Shown: positions 37,873 to 50,137 of the stretch, one piece after another
How the letters are laid out: each line of letters begins with the position of its first letter
Position numbering within the stretch: the first letter of the stretch is position 1
DNA from: Eledone cirrhosa
Lineage: Eukaryota
Length of the DNA stretch: 64,000 bases
Direction of reading: 5' to 3'
NCBI GenBank assembly: GCA_964016885.1
Contig: OZ024762.1
Coordinates: forward strand, 4,836,001-4,900,000
The notes under the pieces: model-generated
What the model was told of the DNA's origin: nothing
The model's database searches: none
The model's input: only the letters and a program-made list of their open reading frames with translations
Translations under genes and position numbers: made by a program

Positions 37873-38684
37873 TTCAAAATATTAACAAAACAGATATTCT
37901 TGTGATCAAGTATATTTTATTATACATATTTCAGAGGTACTGAGTTAACTTCAACAGTACGTTCTCATCAGATAAAATAAGATGATGCATGACATACCCT
38001 GACATAGTAGATGGTTAAGATTCAGTCATGGTAGTGAATAATATATGACAAAACTCAATATTTATATACCTTAATATTGAGAACATGAGAAAAATATATA
38101 ATACATACAATAGACATGATATTCCTACACTTATTTATCTCGAAACATATTTGGATTTTAAAGTTTAAACTTATCTACGGAACAGGTTTGATTTTGAAAT
38201 TTAAATGTGTCTAAACATCATAGCCTTTTGGCAATGCAGCTCGTCTTTGTTGATTTATTATTTTAAATCGATATGGACAAACTGTAGTATAATAATTAGT
38301 ATACTTCATTCTGGCTAAATTTTCTTTTGCAATATAAATACAGATGTGTTGGTATCTGTGTTTCATCATATATATTAGTTTATACACGGCTCAGGGGTAT
38401 TTCCTTCTTCGAGCTAATTCCATTGTAAAAGAATTCATTACACTTAATAATATATATATATATATATATTGGTAAACGGAATAGAAAATGGTGACAAATT
38501 GTTCAGTTGAAAAATGGTTTAATTAGGAATAAAAGAGTATTAGTGATTGTATGGGTTAGTATTCAGTTGTGGTTTTAAGTTTTTAAGTTTTTACCGGTTG
38601 CTCATTTCTAAATGCTTTTCAAAAATAATTTTGAGATAGAGTGTCCGTGTTGTTTGCTCTGATCTGATTAGTTTTGGGAATTCT

Positions 38685-38932
38685 ACCTGTTTTTATGTTA
38701 AAAAAGTGGCTCCAGCGTTACTTTGGTGTTGCAAAAATTCTTGTGGTCAAAACAATTTTGATTGGTCGGTAGAGGTCATGTGAATGTAAAAAATTGATTT
38801 TGCGCCAAGACTGTTTTTATGTTAAAAAAGTGGCTCCAGCGCTATTTGGTGTTTGCAAAAATTCTTGTGGTCAAAACAATTTTGATTGGTCGGTAGAGGT
38901 CATGTGAATAAAAAGTTGGTTTTGCGCCAAGA
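38685..38932. repeat. ~123-bp direct tandem duplication within a degraded retroelement fragment
   Basis: CTGTTTTTATGTTAAAAAAGTGGCTCCAGCG...TTTTGCGCCAAGA occurs twice in tandem. Confidence 0.8.
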
Positions 38933-39053
38933 TTGAGAAATGACTCTTTCACAACAAATATGTGTGTAAATGTGTGTGTGTGTGTAGTAGTAGTAAGGTG
39001 TTCGATGTTGTGATAATGGTTAGCAGGGATGTGTGTCAAATGGCTATTAAGAT

Positions 39054-39165
<112 letters not shown>

Positions 39166-39511
39166 CAGAGTAATTCGTGGTAGCAGGGATGGTCAGTAAG
39201 AATGTGTCTGAAAGCAATGGGGGGTATTTTAGCATGTCAAAAGATATTTTTCAGCTTTTGTCTTATACGGAGAAGTGCGTGTGTGTGTGTGTGTGTGTGT
39301 GTGTATAAGTCTCTTTGTATGTTAATGTACGCATGTGTATGTGTGTGTGTAGATATGTGTGGGGGGGGATCAGTATTTTTTTCCCCCTGGTAAAATGGTG
39401 TACATTATTCGATTTTTTCAGTAAAATCGGTTCTCTTAATAGAACATCAAAAATCTTAACAATAAAAGGTGTGAAATGATATTCACTACATATATATACA
39501 CATACATATAT

Positions 39512-39575
<64 letters not shown>

Positions 39576-39692
39576 TTTTTCTGTGTTGCATATAGAGCAT
39601 GTGTGTTTACGTATGTCATTGTGTTTATATGTGGGTGGAGATGTGTGCTGATGTAGGTATGTATGTTAACGTGTGTATGTTGTGGGTTCGTC

Positions 39693-39835
39693 TTAGGGAG
39701 AAGTGTTTAGACGGGGTCCGTATTTGTTAATGAAGTAAGATTCCTTGCTGGTGCGCTGGGTGTGGTGGGTGGCATTATCTTTAAATTTGTAGAGGGGAAA
39801 GATTCTGAAGTTGGGATGATTTTGGTTGCATACAA
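39693..39835 (-). mobile_element. Penelope-like element, C-terminal fragment of the GIY-YIG endonuclease
   Basis: C.QNHPNFRIFPLYK......R.SKESYFINKY.P.LN matches the end of PLE GIY-YIG domains (R..KE..FI....P.LN). Confidence 0.65.
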
Positions 39836-39916
39836 ATGCACACACCCGCACATGACAGGCTTTTGCAATTTCCATCTTTCAAATTCTATACACAAGGCAG
39901 TATGTATGTGTGTATG

Positions 39917-39977
<61 letters not shown>

Positions 39978-39979
<2 letters not shown>

Positions 39980-41371
39980 AATAATGGAGCTGCGGCGTTG
40001 CAAATGGGATACATATGAAAAAGTGAGTCCATCATCAGTGACCCTCCAACCGTCCTCCTCCTTCAAGTTTGACCTGTGTGTAATTCTTTTCTCGCGCAGT
40101 CTTGACCGAGCTGGTATGAAATTTTTTTCTCTCTCTCTTTCGTCTGCGACTTCACAAAACTTGCGTTTACCGAATTCGTAGACCAGACCACCTTATCTTC
40201 TTCTTCTTCTTCTTCTTCTTCTTCTTCTTCTTCTTCTTCTTCTTCTTCTTCTTCTTCTTCTTCTTCTTCTTCTTCTTCTTCTTCTTCTTCTTCTTCTTCT
40301 TCTTCTTCTTCTTCCTCTTCTCTCCTTTTTCTTTCTCTCTCTCTCTCTTTTTTCCCCCCCCCCGTCAAACCTGGGCGAAATTCTTTCCTTGCTCACATTT
40401 CTACCAGGTTCGATGGTCTTTCGTCTCTTGTTCACGATTTCACAGAGTTTATATTCATAGAGATCTGGGACTTGTCTATTTCTACTCACTTTCCGTTGCT
40501 TAAACCCTTTTGTTGTTACTCTAGCGTCCCCCTTTATTTACGTGTCCCAACGACTTTTTTTAGCCGTTGTTCGCACCAACCTGAGGCATATGGCCCTTAA
40601 AGCGATGAAATGCCGAGGACGGTTGGAGGGTCACTGATGAAGGACTCACTTTTTCATATGTATCCCATTTGCAACGCCGCAGCTCCATTATTATCATCAT
40701 ATTTACACATATTACTTTTCCATGCTGCCTGTCTGTTTCGTTCCTTGTATCTTTACCACTTCTAGCAGTCTCCCTCTCTGTTACTCTCTCCTCAACTTTC
40801 ACTCACTCATTCTCTGTCACTACCTCTCCTCCTCCTCTTTCCTCCTCCTCTTTCCTCCTCCTCCTTCAAGTTTGACCTGTGTGTAATTCTTTTCTCGCGC
40901 AGTCTTGACCGAGCTGGTATGAAATTTTTTTCTCTCTCTCTTTCGTCTGCGACTTCACAAAACTTGCGTTTACCGAATTCGTAGACCAGACCACCTTATC
41001 TTCTTCTTCTTCTTCTTCTTCTTCTTCTTCCTCTTCTCTCCTTTTTCTTTCTCTCTCTCTCTCTTTTTTCCCCCCCGTCAAACTTGGGCGAAATTCTTTC
41101 CTTGCTCACATTTCTACCAGGTTCGATGGTCTTTCGTCTCTTGTTCACGATTTCACAGAGTTTATATTCATAGAGATCTGGGACTTGTCTATTTCTACTC
41201 ACTTTCCGTTGCTTAAACCCTTTTGTTGTTACTCTAGCGTCCCCCTTTATTTACGTGTCCCAACGACTTTTTTTAGCCGTTGTTCGCACCAACCTGAGGC
41301 ATATGGCCCTTAAAGCGATGAAATGCCGAGGACGGTTGGAGGGTCACTGATGAAGGACTCACTTTTTCATA
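39978..41371. repeat. Composite repeat: ~80-bp inverted repeat (39978-40056 / 40614-40695) plus direct duplication of 40052-40660 at 40855-41371
   Basis: Both relationships were read directly. The two direct copies differ mainly in (TTC)n length. Confidence 0.85.
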
Positions 41372-41469
41372 TATATATATATATATATATAACAAAGGAA
41401 ATGTGGTAAGGAACCAGGTGGACCATAACGCACCAGAGTACTCAATACTTAGGGTAGTAGAGTGGGAAA

Positions 41470-42339
41470 TAGGAAAAAGTATGACCCCGACGGCAGAGCT
41501 CAAGCTGTTTCGACGGCTATTTCTGGACTAAATTAGAATTTTTAGCCTGGTGAATAAATAGCCGAACTTGTCAAGGAGGCACTTCTTTATATGGGAAGAC
41601 AAAGAGGAAAAGAAAAGAGATACAACTAACTCTTTTCTTTTCCTCTTTGTCTTCTTCTTCCCCCTGTCGCATCCTATCACTTCCTTCCACCCCTATTTTC
41701 TTCCTCGTCTGCTTTTCCTCTTTCGCCTACCCCGATGCAGCCCATCGGGCCTCTGTAGTATCAGTTCCCCCACCCCTGTAATTTTAAGATAGATTTGGCC
41801 TAATACGATTTACCAACTACTTATAGCAGACATGTTAAACCCCTTTAATTTTGTATCAGTTCTGGTACTATTTCTACAAGTTTTTTCTATTCTCAACTTA
41901 TTAACCTGTAATTGTAAGATAGCATTGTGATTTTTTTATTCATTTCTCACTATCTAATTATATATATTTTTGTTATTTCTTTTATTGTCTCCTACTCTCA
42001 TTCGATTTACCTATTCTATAACCTCCCTCCTCCACTTCATACACTATCCTTAGATTCTGCTGTATACATATCACTTTCAACGCTTGACCGCTCCACTCAC
42101 TCCCCTATTGTTCTACAGGCAAGTTCAGCCACACCTACCTCCCACCAAATGTCATGATAGACTTATTTGTGTTTACAACAAATTTTAACCAATCCTCTTG
42201 ACAACTACAATCTTCCCATATAAGGAAGTACCCCCTTGACAAGTTCGGCTATTTATTCACCAGGCTAAAAATTCTAATTTAGTCCAGAAATAGCGTCGAA
42301 ACGGCTTGAGCTCTGCCGTCGGGATCATACTTTTTCCTA
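41470..42339. mobile_element. Element with ~130-bp terminal inverted repeats (41470-41600 / 42210-42339)
   Basis: GGAAAAAGTATGACCCCGACGGCAGAGCTCAAG...TATATGGGAAGA and its reverse complement. Relatives at 4095-4146, 50826-51001 and 59545-59680. Confidence 0.7.
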
Positions 42340-42409
42340 TATATATATATATGTATATAGGAAAAAGTATGACCCCGATGGCATATATATATATATATAT
42401 ATATATATC

Positions 42410-42955
42410 ACTCAGACGGTGGATGGGCGCTACACGAGAATGCTGTAGAGGGTGAATGCTGCTGCATATATTGAGGTTCTGGATAAAGTTGTTAAGCCTT
42501 GGATCAACAGTGTATGCAACTGAAGGCCTTATGTCTTTCAACAAGATTTTGCGCCATCACACAAGTCTCAAATGACACAAGAATGGATGATCACATCACC
42601 CCCAACATTTGGCCTCCTAATTCTCCAGATCTCAATCCACTGGACTACTATGTATGGAGCACTGTTGAGAAAAATGTCAACGAACACCCCATAGCACCAA
42701 AGATTCTTTGAAAGCCGCCATAATTCGAGTCATGTCCGATATGAACAAGGCCCACTAAATCCGAGCTTGTAAACGATTTCAACCACACGTAGATGCAGTT
42801 ATTGATGGTTATTGTGGTTTTATTGAATGAAATTATTAAATTGATAATTCAGCTTCATGTTTGTTATTTTTATAAGAATACAGTTTTTTTCTGTTATTAT
42901 GTAAGCGTTTTTTTAACCATAAATCTGTCCTCAAATACCGTCCGCACCCTGTATA
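42410..42955 (+). mobile_element. Degraded Tc1/mariner (maT/DD37D-like) transposase 3' part with right terminus
   Basis: YVFQQD.APSH and WPPNSPDLNPLDYYVWS motifs. Ends ...CCGCACCCTG-TA. Confidence 0.8.
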
Positions 42956-43191
42956 TATTATTTACAATTTCCGTGTAGGCATGTCTCTCTGGAAATAGGG
43001 CTAGGGGGCGCTGGGGGTATTACGTGGCCGTGAATGGGGGTGGCATATACAGACACCTCACCCTTCAAGGTTTTCTTCTTCTGTACGAGACGTACCAATC
43101 ACGTAGTATACTCGATCACTAGAGCCAGCTCGTGGATTAGCGGACGTGAGGTCCACACTCTCACAGCTTCCATGGCTATTACAGAATAACC

Positions 43192-43561
43192 TACGACGGT
43201 CGACTGAAAAGTTCACAGGCTGACCAAGATACTCGCATGGAATGACCAAATGAGTCCCTGGAAAGAAACAACGCAATTATTGGATTGTCAGTATCGGTAG
43301 AGGGTCGGACGCCATGCTTTGCAGCATAGAGTTACTGCGCTTTATGGTCTGAGTTCAAATACTACCGAAGTTAACATTCCCTTTCATCCGTACGGGGTCG
43401 ATAAAATAAAGTACCAGTAATACACTGGGTAATTGCTGGCCTTGTGTCAAAAGTAGAAACAATTATTAGCAAGAAGAATTGAAAATAAAGCATGCAAGTT
43501 TCACAGCTCTAGAATCACTCTTTCATAGTCATCCTATGAACTTTTCAGCCCACCCTCGTAT
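43192..43561. mobile_element. Mariner-type MITE (TACGA..G..CTGAAAAGTTCA TIRs) with a SINE inserted at about 43281-43468
   Basis: TA-flanked TIRs TACGACGGTCGACTGAAAAGTTCA / TGAACTTTTCAGCCCACCCTCGTA. A SINE-free relative lies at 44178-44515. Confidence 0.75.
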
Positions 43562-44177
43562 AAATAGTTTTACCATTTAAAAAATGAAATTAATGACATT
43601 TTCTCTTTTTTTTCTTTTTACCAATAATATATTTTTCCTTTTTTTATTTCAGATTTTGAAAATATGTCCTCTGGAAATTTTCCACAATAAATTTCCGGTT
43701 AACATATTTTGAAACTCTGAAATTAGAATTAAAAATAAATTATCCTTTTAAAAAATGTTATTAGAGATTTAAGTATTTGTTTTTACTTTAGGCAAAATGC
43801 CTGTAAGGATGAAAGGCAAAACTAACTTCGGCGGGATTTGAACTCAGAACGTAAAGAGCCGTAACTCGAAGCATGGTGTCCGACGCTTTAGTGAAGTCAC
43901 TTTTGTGTTCTCCTGCATTTAAGAGTTCATACATAGACCTTTGCGAACTGAGTGCCGAAGGCCAACATTTTCTAATTAATAACTCTGTTTGTTGCCCCTG
44001 CTAAATATCCTTATACAACTTCTGAAGACGGGGCCGAAAACCTGCTGCACTTAAGGATACACGGCAAGTACCAAACCAATGAATAATCGTTTCTTTTGTT
44101 AGTTGTTCTGTTGTCTCGCCAGCTTAAGTTAACATCTAAATCGTTCTCAACAGACTTCCTACATCCTTTAACATTAA

Positions 44178-44515
44178 TACGAGGCTCGGCTGAAAAGTTC
44201 ATAGGCTGACCAAGACACTCTCATGGAATGACCAAATGAGGTATATTTTTCAACATAGTCCCTCGAAAGAAACAATGCAGTTATTGATAAGAAGAGTTGA
44301 AATTAATGCATGTAAGATTTCACAGCTCTAGCATCACTCCTTCATAGGCTGACAAAGATACTCTCATGGAATGACCAAATGAGGTTTATGTTTCAACATA
44401 GTCCCTAGAAATGCAGTTATTAATAAGAAGATTTGAAAATTAATGCCTGCAAGATTTCACAGCTCTAGCATCACTCTTTCCTAGTCAGCCTGTGAATGTG
44501 TCAGTCGATCCTCGT
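44178..44515. mobile_element. Second copy of the mariner-type MITE, with an internal ~145-bp tandem duplication
   Basis: TACGAGGCTCGGCTGAAAAGTTCATAGGCTGAC start. The CATAGGCTGAC...GCATCACTC block is present twice. Confidence 0.7.
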
Positions 44516-44997
44516 GTTTAACCACGCAGTTGATCTCTGCTGAAAGTTTTATAGGATGTCTCGTAAATATGGCTAAACCAAAGGGACATTTGGGCCTTTA
44601 AAGGTCACACATTTATATATCCAATTGATTGGTCTAACAGGGAAGCCTCTACGCGATCGTTTGTCCTGCTAGAAATAGCAGACAAATATCCCTCAAACCA
44701 CACTTTAATGTATTTAAAAGTAAGTGACATGTTTGGTAATATAGTCCCAAATAGATTTTTTTTAATACAAAAACACGTTGGTCATGTCAGGAGCGCTTTT
44801 GATCAATTGGTGGGGGGGGGGGGGGCTGACATGAAGCTAAACAACAACGTGTTCTTCATTGTATGTACTGCCGTGGTCTTGAGAATGGTTCCAACATCAC
44901 ACTATCTCTGCTAACTATTTACTCGCTTATGATACCAACCTAACGTCATAGTTAGGTTGGTATCATAAGCGAGTAAATAGATTTGTTGGAATACATT

Positions 44998-45695
44998 AGA
45001 GAGAGAGAGAGAAGAGAGAGAAGGAGAGATATAAGGATAATGAAGGGAGGATAGAGAGAAGGAGAGATATAAGGATAATGAAGAGGGATAGAGAGAGAAG
45101 GGGAGATATAAGGATAATGAAGAGGGATAGAGAGAGAAGGGGAGATATAAGGATAATGGAGGGGGGATAGAGAGAGAAGGAGAGATATAAAGATAGTGAG
45201 GGGGTAGAGAGAGAGAAGGAGAGATATAAAGATAGTGAGGGGGGGATAGAGAGAAAAGGAAAGATATAAAGACAGTGAGGGGGTAGAGAGAGGGGAGAGA
45301 TAAAAATAGTGAGGGGGTAGAGAGAGAAGGAGAGATATAAAGATAGTGAGGGGTAGAGAGAGAAGGAGAGATATAAAGATAGTGAGAGGTAGAGAGAGAA
45401 GGAGAGATATAAAGATAGTGAGGGGTAGAGAGAGAAAGCGGGGGAGGATAGAGAGAGAGAAGGAAAGGTAGAGAGAATGAGAGAGAGGGATGAAAAGAGA
45501 GAGAGAGAGACCGAAAGAGAAAGCGAGAGGAGAAAGAAGGAGAGAAGGAGACAAAAATAATGAGAATGAGAAAAAGAAAGAGAGAGAGAAGACAGACTAA
45601 TTGAAAGAGAAAAAATAAAGACAATGGGACAGAAAGAAAGGAAAAGTGAGAGATGATAAGTAGCTAAATAGACAGATAGATAGAGAGGGAGGGAT

Positions 45696-45790
<95 letters not shown>

Positions 45791-45824
45791 GATAGATAGA
45801 TATTAGATAGATAGATAAATAGAT

Positions 45825-45870
<46 letters not shown>

Positions 45871-45910
45871 GGATGGATGGAGAGAGATAGGCGTATAGAG
45901 AGATAGAGAG
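44998..45910. repeat. Purine-rich low-complexity region: ~35-bp GA-rich minisatellite, (GA)n and (GATA)n
   Basis: GAGAGAAGGAGAGATATAAAGATAGTGAGGGG units directly visible. Confidence 0.9.
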
Positions 45911-46087
45911 ATATGTTTCTTTGACATATTGACTGATTCACTAACTGACTGACTGACAGACAGGCATACAGGCAGGCATACAGGCAGGCATGCAGGCAGG
46001 CATGCAGGCGGTTAGGCAAACACATACCGGTGAGTAGAAGAGAAGACATTACCATAGTGCAATTAAAAGTTTTGTTTGTTTTTCAAT

Positions 46088-49000
46088 ATGATTAAAACAG
46101 AGCCTACAGCTTTGACAGCAGTCGAGGTGGAAACTTTCCTTGGAGATAATAAGGAGTTTGTTATTGAGTGGCTCTCAGCACATGGTATGCAAGAAATAGC
46201 AGATGACACATCGAAAAGATTCGTTGCTGAAAAAATCACTTTGACTTTTTTAAAGAAACTGATGTCGCGATTGGGAGAAGATGACTTATCTACAACTCCC
46301 ATATTTTTAGATTTGTTTCGTGAGATATTGAAAGATGTCGCAATTAGCGTCAATGAAAATGCATTAACTCATAAGATTCTTCAAGCTGCATGCAAGCTGG
46401 TTCAGTGTCGTAGAACAAGCTTGTTCCTAGTTCAGGGAACTAGTGAAAATCGATTCCTTGCTTCGAAATTCAGCGATGTTAAAATTACATCGAAAATGAA
46501 GGAAACACTCAACACAGAAGGGAACACAATTATGGTACCGTTTGGCGAATGGGTCGTAGGATATGTCGCTGTAAACAAGTGTTTTGTAAATATTAAAGAG
46601 ACAACCGATGAATCACGTGTTATTAAGGATATTGATAAATATGAGAAGAGCAAAGCAAAAACTATTCTTGCTGCACCAGTGTGCGATAAAAGTGGAGTTG
46701 TAATAGGCGTGGTTAAAGCTATGGATAAATTAGAGGATAAAGATTTTACTCATCAAGATGAAAACGTGTTTGAATTCATTTCGGCATTTTGTGCTGTAAC
46801 TATTACCAGTGCCCGCATCTTTGAAAGCTCTCGGGATGAAGACAAACGGCATAAAATAATGCTAAAACTCACTCAGATCATTATGAAAGATTATAGCAAC
46901 GTCCAAAAATGTATAACGGAAATTCTTAATCAGGCCTTAGTATTATTGGAATGTGATAATGTCAGCATCTATGTAACTGATGATACAAAGGATTTGCAGC
47001 ATTTCAACGAATCCACTGAAGTGTTTCAGTTGTTAAAAGGCGAAAAGGAAGTTAAATGTACTCCCATCGAACCCCGATTCATCCCGATAATCAAACTCAA
47101 CAGGCAACGTGTAAGTAAGATGAATATAATTGATTTGCTTTTACCGGAGAACATCAAAGTTACAATCGACGGTAACGTGAAAAATTGGTTGTCTTGTGTA
47201 TCGATTATTGATTCCTGTAAAACACTAATAGGCCATATGATGTTTCTTAGAGAATCGATTAATACTTTTAATGATTTTCAAATTACTATGATGAAGACAT
47301 TTGCCTTGTACTTCGGATTAGTAATTTACAGGAATAATCTGTTTAACTCTTATCAGTATGTATCCCGGACTTCTTTTACTGATGAGTTACTCGCCATTCA
47401 CATTATTTGCCCAGAAAGCGATGTCAATAAAATGCAACGGTTAAAGATTCAGAGCCCAGAGCACTATAACATTTACTACTTCGATTTCGCATCTAATTTA
47501 TTGCCAGAAAATGAAACTTTTACGGTGGCTGTTCTTATATTCTTAGAAATGAAGGCTCTAGAAATATTGAAAATATCTATGTCCACTTTGTATCGATTTT
47601 TATTAACCATCAAAAAGAACTATCGACCTGTCACCTATCATAATTGGCGTCATGCTGTTAACGTGACTCAAAGTATGTTTTGTATGTTTACCACGGGTGG
47701 ATTACAAAAATATTTCACAGAATTTGAAAGGATTTGTCTATTGATGGCTTGTTTGTGTCATGATCTCGATCACAGGGGAACAAATAGTGCATACCTCGTG
47801 AAGACGTCATCTCCTCTTGCTACAATGTACAGTACGTCTGTCTTGGAACACCATCACTTAAATCGAAGTATCGCAATACTAAAAAATGATAGTACAAATA
47901 TTTTTCAAAATACACCCGCTGAAGTACATCAGGAAGGTCTCAAATTATTTGAGAAAGCAATCCTTGCTACAGACCTTACACTTTATTTTGAGAAGCGAAA
48001 TCTTTTCAAACAGAAATTTGAAATCGATGACCCTAATTTGAAATCTCCTGAAAGTAAGGAATTATTACTCGTGATGATGATGACAGCAGCCGATCTTTCA
48101 GCTATTACTAAGCCATGGCATATTCAAAAATTAACCGCTATGTTAATCTCTTCTGAATTTTTTGAACAAGGAGACTTGGAAAAATGTATGGATGTTGACG
48201 TCATATCCTTAATGGATCGTAAAAAAATACACGAAATACCTAAATCTCAAGTTGGTTTTATCGATTTCGTGTGTACGATGGCTTATAAACTCCTTTCACA
48301 GGTGAGTGAATATATGATGCCTATGTATCATGGACTGCTTAACAACAGAACTCATTGGTCCGATATTGCAAATGGTAAGGAAGAATTTGACATTGAAAAA
48401 GAGTTTCAAAATGCTTTGAAGATGCATGATGAAATAAACGATTTGACAACGCCGGATCAGGAGACATATTCCAATGCAACCACCCAGACACTTCTACAAG
48501 ATTTCAAGGGCAAGGGAGAACAGCAAACAATTCAAACTGAACTTTCTTATCCTAAAGAAGCATTGGTATCCATACATGATCTAACGGTGCCTGTTTTACA
48601 TGAATCTAACATCGATACGATCCACAAAGAAACAAGGTCTTGTCAAACAAATAAAAAATGTTTCAAGGAAGCCCCCTCTCAAACCACTCCCCCCGCTATA
48701 CCCGCAGGCGAAGACTTCACACAGCTACCGACACAGTTTAGATCAGTACGCCCCGTAACAAAACCTGGGGTGTACTCGGGATCAGACCATAAAATGTCAT
48801 CAGCTTTCAATCCAGTGAATAGTTTCCCAAGGAGGACAAGCTGTTTCGATCAGCTTGTGGATCAAAGACGCAAAGAATTACAGGAGAAAAAACAAAACAT
48901 ATGTCTAGAAAACAAAGAGAAGCTGTTTCCTCTGGGAAAACCCTCACATACTGTTTTACCGCCGGATCCAATGAACCTGATGAATAAAAATGAATCCAAA

Positions 49001-49471
49001 AGTTCACAGGATTCTACATCATTTGCTGACGAAATGTTGAAACTACCGTCCCCGAGGTCTAAAATGTCAATGGATTCTTCATTTTCTATGATAAAAAGCA
49101 AACTTCCTGAACCAATAAAGGAAGAAGTTAGTGACAGTGACCAAGAATTGGTTGCCGTGTCTAATTCAAAAGTTTTTGAAAATGTTAATTCTGAGCATTA
49201 TCTCACGTCACATCTTTCTTTGAACTGGGCACAATCTTGGTCGAATATATTTGAAACAAATGACTTAACTGAAATACCTGCTGGTCAAAGGGAATATGCG
49301 ACACCTAGAAACGATAGCCAAACTGAATCCAACTCAATTGACTTCGGCGCATCCAAATTTCTGAACAGTCTCAACCTCCGAAAACGTAAATGTGTTAGGA
49401 TTAATCCGAAAAAACAAAAGAAAAGGAGTCAGAAATTGGGTATTCTTGAACATGTATGTGGGATTTCTTAG
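46088..49471 (+). CDS. Intronless GAF-GAF PDE5/6-like paralogue 5 (1127 aa from first ATG), ends in CaaX CGIS
   Basis: Single ORF; first ATG at 46088 (the track starts at a TTG at 46076). Divergent GAFs, complete catalytic motifs (YHNWRHA, HDLDHRG, EFFEQGD, QVGFID). Tail RKRKC..KKQKKR..VCGIS-stop. Confidence 0.92.
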   Translation: MIKTEPTALTAVEVETFLGDNKEFVIEWLSAHGMQEIADDTSKRFVAEKITLTFLKKLMSRLGEDDLSTTPIFLDLFREILKDVAISVNENALTHKILQAACKLVQCRRTSLFLVQGTSENRFLASKFSDVKITSKMKETLNTEGNTIMVPFGEWVVGYVAVNKCFVNIKETTDESRVIKDIDKYEKSKAKTILAAPVCDKSGVVIGVVKAMDKLEDKDFTHQDENVFEFISAFCAVTITSARIFESSRDEDKRHKIMLKLTQIIMKDYSNVQKCITEILNQALVLLECDNVSIYVTDDTKDLQHFNESTEVFQLLKGEKEVKCTPIEPRFIPIIKLNRQRVSKMNIIDLLLPENIKVTIDGNVKNWLSCVSIIDSCKTLIGHMMFLRESINTFNDFQITMMKTFALYFGLVIYRNNLFNSYQYVSRTSFTDELLAIHIICPESDVNKMQRLKIQSPEHYNIYYFDFASNLLPENETFTVAVLIFLEMKALEILKISMSTLYRFLLTIKKNYRPVTYHNWRHAVNVTQSMFCMFTTGGLQKYFTEFERICLLMACLCHDLDHRGTNSAYLVKTSSPLATMYSTSVLEHHHLNRSIAILKNDSTNIFQNTPAEVHQEGLKLFEKAILATDLTLYFEKRNLFKQKFEIDDPNLKSPESKELLLVMMMTAADLSAITKPWHIQKLTAMLISSEFFEQGDLEKCMDVDVISLMDRKKIHEIPKSQVGFIDFVCTMAYKLLSQVSEYMMPMYHGLLNNRTHWSDIANGKEEFDIEKEFQNALKMHDEINDLTTPDQETYSNATTQTLLQDFKGKGEQQTIQTELSYPKEALVSIHDLTVPVLHESNIDTIHKETRSCQTNKKCFKEAPSQTTPPAIPAGEDFTQLPTQFRSVRPVTKPGVYSGSDHKMSSAFNPVNSFPRRTSCFDQLVDQRRKELQEKKQNICLENKEKLFPLGKPSHTVLPPDPMNLMNKNESKSSQDSTSFADEMLKLPSPRSKMSMDSSFSMIKSKLPEPIKEEVSDSDQELVAVSNSKVFENVNSEHYLTSHLSLNWAQSWSNIFETNDLTEIPAGQREYATPRNDSQTESNSIDFGASKFLNSLNLRKRKCVRINPKKQKKRSQKLGILEHVCGIS

Positions 49472-49524
49472 TTTCACAATAAAGAATGGAAAAAGCAACA
49501 ACACACCAGTTATTCTCCTCATCA

Positions 49525-49672
49525 AAATAATAGTTTCTGATTTAGGCACAAGGCCAGCAATTTTGGGGGAAGGGAAATCGATTAAATCGACTCCAGTGAA
49601 TTGCGGGTACTTTATTTTATCGACCCTGTAAGGGTGAAAGGCAAAGCTTACCTCGGTGGGATTTGAACTCAA
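49525..49672 (-). mobile_element. tRNA-derived SINE (partial) just downstream of paralogue 5
   Basis: Reverse complement of B-box GAGTTCAAATCC and the GCCTTTCA..C body. Confidence 0.75.
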
Positions 49673-49952
49673 AATAATGGCATTTCATCTCCTTTTCATC
49701 CCAGCCGAACTTGCGATCAAACCAAGGAAATATATTCATACTAAATATATCGATCTACCATCACAGTTCGTATTTAGGATAATCTTCAATCTAGTGGGGT
49801 TTTTTTTAGTGTCAATGAAATTAGTGGGTTGCCTCCCTTGGTTAATCTATCTATGTTTTCTTGGCTGTCAAATAAAATGTCTCCATTTTTTTAGAGCATA
49901 GCTAATATCTAACAGCGTGTGAGATTAAACAATAGAGTGTATATATTTATAT

Positions 49953-49995
<43 letters not shown>

Positions 49996-50104
49996 GCCTC
50001 TCTCTCTCACTCAATCACTCGCTCTCTCTCTCTCTCTCTCTTTATATAGATATATACACTCTTCCATTTATTTGTATGCCTCTCTCTCTCTCTCTCACTC
50101 TCTC

Positions 50105-50137
<33 letters not shown>

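Noticed and set aside
46076-46087. ORF-track start for paralogue 5
   Set aside because: It is a TTG codon. The ATG at 46088 aligns with the starts of the other paralogues.
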